From positions 1,798,001 through 1,862,000 of the forward strand of contig NEEC01000011.1 in assembly GCA_002189035.1 (NCBI GenBank): 64,000 nt of DNA, read 5' to 3'. Below, in pieces: positions 1 through 11,668 of this stretch. Positions within the stretch are counted from its first letter, which is position 1. Each line of letters opens with the position of its first letter. Below the pieces are notes generated by a model. The model was given only the letters and a program-made list of their open reading frames with translations, was not told the DNA's origin and ran no database searches. The translations under genes were made by a program, and so were the position numbers. This DNA is from Utricularia gibba. Its lineage: Eukaryota; Plantae; Magnoliophyta.

Positions 1-37
1 AAGCATGAACAGAAGATAAGGAGTGGGAAACTGGTAC

Positions 38-2490
38 TCAATTCTTGCTTGAGATGGTCCTAGTGATAAAATGATATGTAAGAAGTTACGAGTTGGTTGA
101 TTTGGAAACTGGCACTCAGTTCTTTGCATTAAGAAGGCGCTTCAATTTGATTACCTCGCTAGATTGTGTTTTGGCTTGACGGAAGAGACATCTTGCTGGC
201 TTCCATCCGTTAAGAGCAGAACAGCATCAGCAAAGCCTTTAAGACCCTATTGGCATTCAAGATAGCAGTGAGGATTTCAGAGATTGTAACCAGACGGGAA
301 CAACAAAGGAGAGGTATGATTCTTGGGATATCCAGTGGAGGTACCAATTGATTTCCAGTTATTTTGAGTTGTTCCTGGACATGGAAAAAAATGGAGAGAG
401 ATATGAGGAGAGAACAGTTGGAGATGGTGGGGGAAAAAATTACTTAACACTGGATTTCAGTTAAGAAGGTTGCTTCCACAAAAAGCCTTAAGAAAGATCC
501 ATAGGCCAAAGCACATAGCTCCCCATTGAGATGCATAATATAAAACAAGGAGGTTTTACGAACCGGAGGCATTTTTGATGTTCTTCCACCGGCAACATCA
601 CACAGGTACATGACTCCAGCATAGGCAAGTTCCTAAAACAGATAGCACATGACAGAAAAAAAAAAAAAAGAAGTCTTCAATGAATCCGAATAGAATAAAG
701 CTGCGATAAACACAAATCGAACAGAGAATGAACAAAGAGGACACCTGCTTGTTTGCTATTGAAATCAGTTTGACATCCTGCAAAATGTCAAAGCATGGGT
801 AAAAAATCATTCCATTCCGGACACATTTTGAAAGTCCACGCATGAGGTATACATCGAAGTAAACTTACCAAACCAGCAACTGTCTTTTTCAGTTCATCCA
901 CATCAAAGCCAACTTGGGACATGTCACCTCGCAAATCATTGACCTATTGCAATTCATCAATTCGTGTGACATGTGTAGACAGAGGACAAGCACACAAAAA
1001 AGTTTAGATCAGAATGGGATTCTGCATTACATCATTCCTAATTAATCGGGACATCTCCACTTGTTCATCGAGCTTTGCATCCACATTCTCAATCCTTTGA
1101 GTTAGGTGTCTTTTTGCAGCCTGATAAAAAAAATTCAGGCGTTCAGATGTCATTGCTATAGTAAAAACAAAAATAACTGCTGAAGCATGGAATATTTTAT
1201 GTTCAATTTATAGTTAACGAGTGTAGGTCACCGAACAATGAGTCCATCTGCTACGCTATAGAAAATGATGATTGATGTTCCATTTTGGACTCGCAATTAG
1301 GAGGCAGGCATCAAGGCAAACTTATGCAAGGCAGATATAAAAGAACAGAAAAGTGATGCTACACACTCACAGCAAGGGCCTCCTGAACACTTTCCAAATG
1401 CTTCGTCAAGTTGGACACAGCACCTTCCATGTTGCGCTTTGTTACATACATCAGGTCAGAGAATTTGAGGCCCTATCAATATAGAAACACAAATGAATGA
1501 AAAAATAAAATAGAATTTCCGTGCGAATTAAATGTAAAGAGAAGATGTCAAACCTTCCACCACATATATCCATAACCCAATGCTCCAAGAGCTGCAGCAG
1601 GGGCTATAAGAGCTGCTAATCCTGTCAAAAAGAAATAGTATGCTCTAGAAAACCAAAATCAACGTTTCATAAGAAAGCTTTCATAAAATAGATACAGACC
1701 CTGTCCGGAGCCACCATTTAAAACAGTAATCTGCCTAGATGGGGCCATCAGGCGAACCTCATTGGCCAACCGGCGAACCTATACAGTGGATGCAGCAAAA
1801 CAGAGATAAAGTACCGGTAAACATACAATCCAAGAAAAAGCCATTTTCTCATAAAAGAAACGTACGACAAAGCAACCATAGGAAACCAGAAAAAACGACT
1901 TGAGACTGAAAATCCTACGCATCTGAAATTCTTTGGTTGGGAAAGCCAGAACCCTTACGACCAACGAAATAGATTTTATAAAAACAGTGTCACACTACTA
2001 ATATAGAGGTAGAGTACCTGCGCAGCGATTGCATCATAATTATCAGTATCTCCATCAGAATCCCCTGCCTTTTTTTCCAACCCCTTAACTATTTTCTGCG
2101 TAACAAGTAGAACAACAATTACATGTTAATTAAATATACACAGGCTTCCACGTGCAATCTACAACCAAAGAACAGTTTACAAAAAATCAAATTCATATAA
2201 CGATCTATAATACCCCGCACAAATTGCGTACACAAGAAATTCGCAGGAAAAAGAAGACACCTGAAATCAACCCCAGAAAAGATACCTGAATTTCACCGAT
2301 TACATCGGATAATTTACCATTCTTCACCAGTATGGTTCCAGTATATCCTTTCAATTTCAAAACAAAAAAATAATAATAAAGAACGGACATCCATATGATA
2401 AGAGATCTCAAAAAGATGAATTGATTGAAGCATACCCGCTCCGGCTATGAGTATAATCCTCGAAAGGCCCATTCCGACCTGCACAGCCAT
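38..2490 (-). CDS. DUF1664-family protein, multi-exon (about 12 exons)
   Basis: Exons joined at GT-AG: MAVQVGMGLSRIILIAGA|GYTGTILVKNGKLSDVIGEIQ|KIVKGLEKK...AIAAQ|VRRLANEVR...|...LGYGYMWWK|...KGLKGFADAV...|RTISSKN*. Matches recalled plant DUF1664 proteins. ATG at 2490-2488, stop at 40-38. Confidence 0.85.
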
Positions 2491-2994
2491 GGTCGCGAAC
2501 ACCAGAACTTGCGAACAGCTCAGGAAGCCGTAGACCTGTGAATTAATCTCTTCTTTCACAAGAGCGCGACAAGCAAGTTCTGCAAAGCTAAAAACCTAGC
2601 CAAAATTAACCACAAAATAATTAATAATGTATTTGCTAGGTAATTACAGGTAAAAATAAATATTAGTGGATATTTCAAAATCGAATATTTACAGATAAAA
2701 TTTATTAAGGATTTAGATTGATACTTACATTAAAAATAATAAGAACATAATTATATTTTATATAAATAAAATACTTTTCATAATATTTAAAATTCATCAA
2801 CAAAATATATTTCGTCTCTTTTCGCAATATATTTAAATTCTACAATAAAATAAATCTTAAATACTAACTAATGTGAATTCTGTTATTGATGGTGCTTTGG
2901 GCTTAGTTCTGGATCGACCCGCACAAACCCAAAATAAGTCCAACCCGGAAGCTACAATCCGGGTTCAAGTAGTTCGTTATTGACTCATGGGAAT

Positions 2995-3590
2995 AACCGT
3001 TGGCATGGGTATGGATAAACCCAAGTTAGTTGCAAGTTGACCCGTATGGAATAGATACTAGTTACTAGTATTCGTGAAAAATGAATAACGAGTCGAGTTA
3101 ATAATTTTCGACTCGATGAATTACTATGTAGCTCATGAAAAAATAAATGATTTGTAATCTAAATTATTCCTTTTTTAATTTAATTTTATATCTTTTTTAT
3201 TTGATATTTATAATTTGATATTAATTAATTTCATCTATATTATATATTGTTAATCCCCAATATCATAAAATAGAAAATAAAACTTTATTATATTTTTTAA
3301 ATAAAATATTCAATGATCAAATAGATCATATATAAATAAAAATATTATTACATAACAAAAAATAATTGAAAAATAAAATAATTATATACAAAAAAATAAT
3401 ATAAAATACAAGTTGATGATTCCATACTCGAATCAATTCGACAAATCGATAGGTAACGAATTAATTTGGGCACGATACGAGTTAAGGATCAAAATTTGTC
3501 AACTCATCGACTCATGAACCTGTAATAGGGTCATGACTAAATGAGTCAAACTCGTTACTTAGCGAGTTACAACCCGTGCCCAAGTCTACT
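2995..3590. mobile_element. Degenerate non-autonomous DNA-transposon (MITE-like) relic
   Basis: Weak inverted ends (ttggcatggg vs cccgtgcccaagtcta), dispersed ACCCG/ACTCG-type motifs near both ends and an AT-rich core. No TSD resolved. Confidence 0.35.
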
Positions 3591-4872
3591 TGGGAAGGAC
3601 TGAGTTGCATCAATGCGTTGAATGGGTTCACACTTTCAAAAACTTACAAATTACATCAAATTTCACATTTTTATTAAGATTTACATAGTGATTTTAATAG
3701 ATTCCATGATGGTATAAAATAAGTCTAATTAAGATTTCATAAGGTTCAATAAGACCTTGCTCGATAATAATTATAATATCATTTTTGTTGTATGAGAATT
3801 AGTATATAGTCTGAATAACGTATTTCATAACTTCTACTTAATTTGAAAGTAGAAATTATTAGATAAGTAAATCTCAAATAACTAACTTTGATTTGCACTG
3901 TATTTGTTAAAAAGTTGATGACTTATTTTGATAAATAAAGCAAATTGAATTTTAAATATAAATAAAAATAAATTTAAAATAAGTAAAGTTAAATAAAAAT
4001 TTAATAAATAAATAAAAATTGATTTTATAATAAATAATTTTAATTTCTATTTTAAATTAGAAATTACAAAATAAATCGTACAAAATATATTCTTAATAGT
4101 TCACCACCAATTGAGACTCCAAATCTTCTTGATTTGAATCTATTTTGTCTAATTCTTCATTTTAAATATACCACAATCATCCAAAAATTCATATCTAAGT
4201 TATGTAATCTTTATCATTGTTGCATGGAACTGGAAAGTCTTTAAATTACTGTTCTAAACTTTATAATTAAAACCAATTTAGAATGAAAAATGCATGAACA
4301 GGTATCCATAAGAACATCTTTACCCGTTTCCAAAAATGCTGACGTTGCATTTCTGGAAACAGGGTAAACATTTTCGGAAATGAGTAATTGCGATTTCTTG
4401 TTTTTTCGGAAACTAGAAAGTGAGAATTGTCTTAAAAACAGAGTGAAGCGGAGAAGGTGCAAACTTTGGCAGAGAAGACACATGCAAAAAAATTATATCA
4501 ATTCAGACCAGAGGACTATGGAGGAGAACATAGGTGAAGTGTGTGGCAGGTGGCACCCACCACTTGCACCACCTGCAACTTTCCCCGCCTATCCCCTGCA
4601 TCACCTGCCACTTTCCCCGACTGTCCCCCCCAATTGCTTCCCAGTGCCCAGTGGCATGCCTATCCCCCATCCCCCTAATTGATTTCTCGTGCCTAGTGGC
4701 ATCCACCCACTGTGACCCCCTCTTCATCAATCGCCCACATTCGATTTTACAATTGATTTGTTTTTTTATTGATTTTACATTATTCTAGAATAATGATTAT
4801 ATCAAGGGGTTAATTGCTTAGTTTGATACTTTGTTTTTAATGCGATTTATTTAGATTTGCACTTTTTGTAGA

Positions 4873-5760
4873 ATGACTGATCGAGGACTACAATCACAAA
4901 GATGGAGTGATGCAAATAAGTTGATTATAATTTCGGCTTGATTAAATACTAGTAAGGATTCTATTCATATAACTTCTCAAAAGTAAAAAAGTTTTTGGAA
5001 GAAAGTTGTTGACTACTATCATGAAGTTGGTGACGTTTCTCGTATTGCTGATATTATAAGACATAAATGGACTGTTTGAGTCAAGATTATAGTAAATTTG
5101 GAGGTTTCATAAATAAAGTTATGGCAAGGGGAAAAAGTGGTTATAATAAGTACGATTTCAAGCAATAAGCATTGGAATTATACAAACGTGAAGAGAAAAA
5201 TATTTTGTAGACATCAAGTGTTGGGAAATCTTACGTTTAGAACCAAAATGAATATCGGTACGTAAAATTATATTTTCTATTATTTATCTATTACTTTTAT
5301 CATAATATATATGCATATATATTTTTTTATATATTTTTTTGCTAGGTTCCAAGATCATCGGATGAGGGCTTTACAATAGGAACAAATGATCCAGTGACTC
5401 CACCTTCACACACTTCTCTATGTGTTGAAAAAGAAGCAAGATCTTTAGGACAAAAGGCATCTAAAATGACTAACTCTACTTCTTTCAATAAGAAAGCATT
5501 TGGTAGATATATGAATAGTATCTCGAGACTTCGTCAAGATATTACGAAAAAGACTAATGCGATGTGACCATTTAATCATATATATTATGTGAATGTGATT
5601 GATAGGTTATTTGAAAAGGATGTAAGTAAAATGACCCTTGAACAAAGTACCATGCATGAAATGGCCTTTCAAGGTCTTGCAAAAACAAAGTTGCTAACTA
5701 GAGATAAAGATACATCGAAGGGGAACGTGGATGATGAGTTTGCAGATCTTTTCAATAATT
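4873..5760 (+). pseudogene. Harbinger Myb/SANT-like DNA-binding protein relic
   Basis: Translates MTDRGLQSQRWSDANKLIIISA*LNTSKDSIHITSQK*KSFWKKVVDYY and later KCWEILRLEPK*. Stops fall where Trp or Gln codons are expected. Confidence 0.75.
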
Positions 5761-6004
5761 GATAAACTTTATGTAGCGTTTGGTATTTGTCTTTTTTCTA
5801 TTTGAACTATGCATGCAGGATTAAATATTTCATTATTTTAATTTTGTTTCTTTATTTTGTTGATAAATGCAAAAAAAGGATTGATATCAATACAAGCATT
5901 GCAAATTAAAAGGTTTAGTTGCCATACAAATGGTTGACAGAATTCAATCTGTTTTCCTATTTAAGGTTCATGTATTCATATGGTTTCATTACTCGATTAT
6001 TATC

Positions 6005-6690
6005 ATGAATCTATCATTTCCCAAACCTTTCCATTTTTTTGTTGAGGATGACATAGATTATGAAGCAATTGTTCAAGAAAAATATAATTTATTCTTCAAT
6101 GACTCACATGAAGACACACAAGAACTTTCTCAACTACGACGTCCACGACAACAAATTGAACGCAATCGTGAATTAAGGCATGAAAGATTGGTGGCTGATT
6201 ATTTTTGCAACAACCCCACTTACACAAATGAACAATTTCGCAGGATATTGTACCATGAGTTCATTTCACTGTCAATGGTAATAATTACGACATGAGATAT
6301 TATTTGGCTGACGGTATTTATCCGGAATGGACTGTATTTGTGAAATCTATTACACTACCACAAAGTCAAAAAGCTCGTCGTTATGCTCAATTCCAGGAGA
6401 GTGCTAGAAAAGACATAGAGCGCACTTTTGAGATATTACAAAGTCGGTTTGGAATACTAACATCTTCTGGAAGAGCTTGGGAACGAAAAACATTACATAA
6501 TATGATTGTAGAAGATAACACTATGGATGAATATGAAATACCTATGATTGTTGAACCACCAAAAATTTATAGAAATGTTAGGATCAATATGCAAAGTTAT
6601 TTTGGTCGAATAGAACATTCACATAATACCGACATCCCTCGACGGCTAAAAAATGATTTGATCGAATATATTTGGACAAATTTTAATTGA
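6005..6690 (+). pseudogene. Harbinger (Plant_tran-type) DDE transposase relic with internal deletion
   Basis: The N-terminal motif IERNRELRHERLVADYFCNNPTYTNEQFRR is joined near 6245-6262, out of frame, to FTVNGNNYDMRYYLADGIYPEW...QESARKDIERTFEILQSRF. The central catalytic part is missing. Confidence 0.85.
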
Positions 6691-7109
6691 TTTTTAAATT
6701 GTTTTGTAATTTCATTTTATGATTTTATAAATTTATTTATTAATTTGAATGTTTAAAATTAAAATATATTTTGAAATCTTTATTTTAATATTAAGATTTT
6801 CGAAAATAAATACAAATACAAATGAAACTTAATAATAAAAACTCAATAACTCAATTTCCGGAAATACCATATCAACATTTTCGGAAATTGATAAAGATGT
6901 TCTAACATTATTAGTAATCCATTTTTTTTTTTACTTTCTTTTTCAAATTAAAACAAAAAGGAAAAAACCAGGATGGTTGATAGGATGGTTGATGGATGAT
7001 GTCAACAGACAGGCTCCGCAACATAAAGGAATCACAGCATGGGAGACTAGTCCCATGATAAGCCTGGGGGAGAAAAAGACCTTTCTGCTAATGAAGTGAG
7101 AAATACCAG

Positions 7110-8213
7110 TCAGCGCTTTAGCTTTCTGTTTTGTGAAGGTGTTTTGCTATTTCGGATCCGCTCTGCAGGGATTCTTGGCTGCTGGTTCTCTTGAGGTTCC
7201 GCAGGAAGTGTTGTAAGCAGAAACTTCTTGTTTGATCCAACATGATTACATATCTGCTTAAGCATGCGTCTTCCCTGCATCCATTTGAGCAATAGTTTCA
7301 TATGCGTCTTGCTGCTTAATCCATTGATCCCTGAATCCTGCAATGTTGATAAAAGAGTTTTCAAAACGCATGAATTCTGAACATGTATAATGTAGCTACA
7401 TTTATGGACGATCAAGGGCACATCTACTACGCTTCCCAGAGAACGACTGGACAAATGTTATGCAAGAAAAGAGCACAGAAAGCAGCATATTAACTACGGT
7501 AACAAGGAAATATTGCAAGCAAGATAATCATCACAGGAAAAAGCTAGAGCATTAGGATGTGATCTCTAGGATGTGGTATAAAAATTCTTTCTTAGATCTG
7601 AGCTGCTCGAATTGACTTCAACCAACTTACTTTTATCCTAGGAATTTATTCTAAAAAAACTGTACCTTCTTCCACATGATCTACAAACACTATATTTGCA
7701 TCAGAGATTGCTCTAAGAATCAATAGTGATTCAAAAGTCGGATCCCGAAGCCCACTTGAAGCATCTTATACTAAATGTAAACCAAGATTGGTGATAAAAA
7801 CAGGTAAAGATAATTAGGATCAGCTGAATGCGCCAATCCAAACCTTGATCTCTGGAAAGATAGCAAAAAAGAATGTAGATACATAGTTCTTACAGCACCC
7901 AAAAAGTGAAATCAGCAATTACACAAAAAACTAGCAAGATCGAAACACCGTCCTAACTCATACAACCACTCACCAAACATAGGAGAAAGCAACGTACCTT
8001 GGCGTGGTTCCAGGCAGTCCCGATACTCAAAGGGCCGTGGGTCTTGATGATTCCATAGAGACCTTCTGCCATGGAGGCCGCCTCTTGATATGGGACTCTA
8101 GGGTTTATTTTCCTCAAATTGGGCGCCCGCTTCCTCGAACTTGAAGAGAAATGCCTCATCATCATCGCTGCCTTCTCCACCAGCGAGCTTCCGTTGCTGT
8201 TCCACATTGCCAA
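7110..8213 (-). CDS. Small basic, probably mitochondrial protein resembling the plant mL80 family; exons 8213-7998 and 7337-7110
   Basis: Presequence-like N-terminus (MMRHFSSSSRKR). In-phase GT-AG join ...HGPLSIGTAWNHAK|DSGINGLSSKTHMKLLLKWMQGRRMLKQICNHVGSNKKF. The family assignment is from memory only. Confidence 0.7.
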
Positions 8214-8740
8214 TCTAAGCGCTTCCTCCGCACCAAGAATGAAAACCCTCCTCGAAGCTTTTGATATTTCACTGTGTAAGCTTCAAAATTTTATTTTTTA
8301 CCAAAGAAATTCACAATAAATTAATGTTTGTTTGAAAAAATAATTTCGTATATTTAAAAAATACTTCAATTTTTATTTGAACAGAATAGAATTAACTTTG
8401 TTACTAAAAAAATTAACATATTTTACTGTTCTAATTTTATATAGAACAAAAACAACGTATATTTTATTCGAAAAAATATTTTTTTAAATTTTTTTATTGA
8501 AATTGGAACTGCATCAAATATACTTTTACGTAATTATCATGATTTAATTATGTTTTAATAATTACATGTAAACCAATGCATCCAGAGAGCAGCAAAGGCA
8601 GAAACAAATAGAAAGAATGTCATTCACCGTCGAAGTCATTTTGGTAACACAAACACCCTCTCCGGCGGGAGCGAAAACTGACGACGACTCCAAACTGCAG
8701 GCAAACCAATGGCGGCTGCATTCTCCGATGCATAACCATA

Positions 8741-10532
8741 TCAAGCTTTAAAAGGGTGCCCATCGCCGGCCTTGGGCGACTCGTCGAGATGCACTTTTGC
8801 AAAATCATCCACCACCTTCTGTCGCTGCTCGTCTTCCGCCATTACCACTTTCTCCCTCGTCTTTTGGGTAACTTCACCAGCAGCCTTGGTGACTTTGTTG
8901 AAAGCACCCGTCACCCATGTTGCGCCTGTGAGAACGTACCTGTTCTTCATGATAGCGGAACCAGCAGTACTCACTGTTTGCTCTGCAGCAGCTAAGGCTG
9001 ATTTGGCCTTCTCTGAGACCTGGAGCTTCCCATCCACCTCCCGGACTTTCTCGTTCATGAGGGAGGTGCCGAGAGTTATCTTCTCGGAGAGTCCGATCTT
9101 CTTGTCGAGTGATGCGACTTTAGCAGTGGCTGTTGAAGATAACTGGAGCTTTTCGTCGAAGGACTTCGCTCTGTTCACTGCATCTTTCCCTAGGATGAAG
9201 CCCTTTGCTAGCATACCAGTCACAACATCCTCTGCTTTTTGAAATGCTGATCCAGCACCACCACCAACTTCTTTTTTCTCCGACAGCTAGCGATTCGAGC
9301 AGCATTGGGAATGTTAGAATCATGTGAGCCTAGATGCATAGATGTTCTGAAAGCATTACCTGAAAGGGGGCTGAAGCTGCTGGTGGAAGCTTGTAACTTG
9401 GATCCACCTGAATTTCCACTGCCATATCAACAATCGTAGCACCCTGGACACAGAATCAAATGACATGATTCATATCAGTTCAGAGGCATACTATTACAAC
9501 TCAAAAAATAAAGCAAACAGAGGCATTCAAGTTGTTGTCTGAAGAGCAAAGATCTTTACTGAAAGAAGAACTGCTGTCTCCGCTCCTTGTGCATCCTTGA
9601 ATGTCACATAAGCGAGTTGAGATCGTTCAGTATCACTACATAAACAAAATTATAATCAATAAAAGCAAGGAGATATGGCAAATGCAACACTAGACAAATA
9701 GTTCAACCTTTTCATTTCAACATATTCAACCTCCCCAGAAAAAGAGAAGAACTCCTTGATATCACGCTCATTCGCCCCAAGAGAGAGATTGGTGACCTTG
9801 ACAGTTTTTATCTGATGAGAAGAGAAGATAGGCTTGTAACCATCACACAGTACAGTCTTTTCAAAATTATGAAAATCGGAAGACATATCACATTTATTTG
9901 GCCTCTCTAAGCAGATTCGTTTACCAAACTTAAGCAAATTTCAAAATTTCTCATGTGGGATCAGTTGCTTTCAGCAGCAGCAGTTTTTCTTTTCAAGATC
10001 TCCAAGACAAAGAAAAGCAAAAGATCTCCTTTTATAAATATACCCCAAGTGTTCGACATCAGATATATGGTCGTGTTTTGTATAGCTACCAAAGTTTTTG
10101 CCGCCACTTTGCAGCTGAAAAAAAAAACCCCAACTCCTAATCTTACACCAATTTTCATAAAAAACCGTCCCTTATAAGGGAAGCAGTAGCGCCGACACCA
10201 ATCTGTTGATTCAAAACTAATGTCCCCCGGTTCTGAAACTTGTGTCGGTGGAATCACTAAGAAACAGGGTACCCTTCAGTGATTCACCCCTTGTACTCGG
10301 GGCCAAGTGTTAAGCATACGATTCCCATCAACACGAGACAACCGACACAAGGAACACACAAATCCCAGCCCTCGAATTAAGATGACAAGAAACCTAAGAC
10401 ACGTCTAATTTTAATTAAACAGAAGATAGCACAGATCGCTGAAACGAAGAAGAGCAAGCAACCCATCAAGTAAAAAAAAAAAAAAAAACAAGATTCGGAA
10501 AACTGAAAACTTTAGACAAAACTCACCGACAT
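8741..10532 (-). CDS. RRM protein, BPA1/BPL (binding partner of ACD11) family
   Basis: 6-nt first coding exon ATGTCG|gtgagt (10532-10527). RRM exon IKTVKVTNLSLGANERDIKEFFSFSGEVEYVEMK starts at 9811. Last exon carries MLAKGFILGKDA...KNRYVLTGATWVTGAFNKV. Confidence 0.88.
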
Positions 10533-11668
10533 CGCAACTGAGTTCCCGAAGGGGAGGAAGCCAAATCCGACGAAGATGAAAAACCACTGCGAGGGCTTCA
10601 AAAGCAAGTAGATCGCGAGGCGCGTTGACGCGTAAAGGGAATATTTGCAAAGAAAGGAGACGGATTTAGAAAGACAATTTTCTTCCGAATCGTTTACTGC
10701 GGTCATGAATTTCATTTCAGATTTTTCCACCCACCTTTTAAAAAATAATGATTAAATCATTTTGAATCATGATATCGATTGTGTTAAATTTAAATTATTT
10801 TAAAATATAAAAAATGAGTCACAATATAATTATAAATTAATTATTATTCAATTATAATTTAATCATAATTTGAAATTTGTGTAAATAAATATTTTTTTTT
10901 AAAATGATTATTTCGTGGTCTGAATCATGATTAGTTTTTTTGATGATTGAGAACATTTTTTTCTATCATTCTATTAATATCAATTAAATGAAAGTGACAA
11001 TCGTATTACGTTTTTAATATTTATTATTTTTTATTTAAAATTTTGGATTTTGAGCTTTTTTCTGAAATGCATTATTTCCAAAAAATTTTTTGAATAAAAT
11101 AAAAAAATCTAATACTTTTCTGAAATTCGAACAGTAATTTTTATGATTGTTTCCAAATTTGTAAAGCAGATGCAAATTAAATAATTGTTCAAATTATGAG
11201 ATGACAAATCGGATAAAGAAAAGAATATTCATAAAAAAATCGCGCATTTTTTTATTATTTTTTGTCGCATTGTGAGAATTCAAAAAATAAAGAATATTAT
11301 TGACCAAAGATACCAGAAATAGAAAAATGATTTTATTCCGGTTTTTAAATACCATTAAATTTTCCGTTTCCTCTTTAAAATCTGTGTGCAAATCCACGTG
11401 TCATTCTGTTATGGACTCCATTCCGACCAACAAAGCAAATCATTTTGTGCTTCTTCCTCCTGGGGGCCAAGAGGAGTCGCAGAAATTCTTCTTTCGTGCC
11501 GTTTCATTTTCCTTTTAGGGGTTTCTCATCTGCGTGATTTGGGGAAATTTGGACCGCTCGTCCTAACTCCCGAACCCATTTGAAAGGCTTTGTGTGTTTA
11601 AATTCAAGATCTTCAATTTTTTGGGTTTTTAGTGCTAGGGAAATTGTTTGTTTGTCTGGTGTAGAGTG

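Larger units (their letters stand above)
4312..6902 (+). mobile_element. PIF/Harbinger DNA transposon, both ends intact, coding decayed
   Basis: About 50-bp imperfect TIRs (GAACATCTTTACCCGTTTCCAAAAATGCTGAC... at 4312; ...CAACATTTTCGGAAATTGATAAAGATGTTC ending 6902). TAA on both flanks (4309-4311, 6903-6905). Contains Myb/SANT and DDE-transposase relics in the same orientation. Confidence 0.9.

Noticed and set aside
8564-8760. Possible extra 3' exon of the RRM gene via the acceptor at ~8697
   Set aside because: No convincing donor upstream of the stop at 8741; cannot be supported without RNA data.
8772-9242. 156-aa plus-strand ORF
   Set aside because: Antisense to the RRM gene's last exon.
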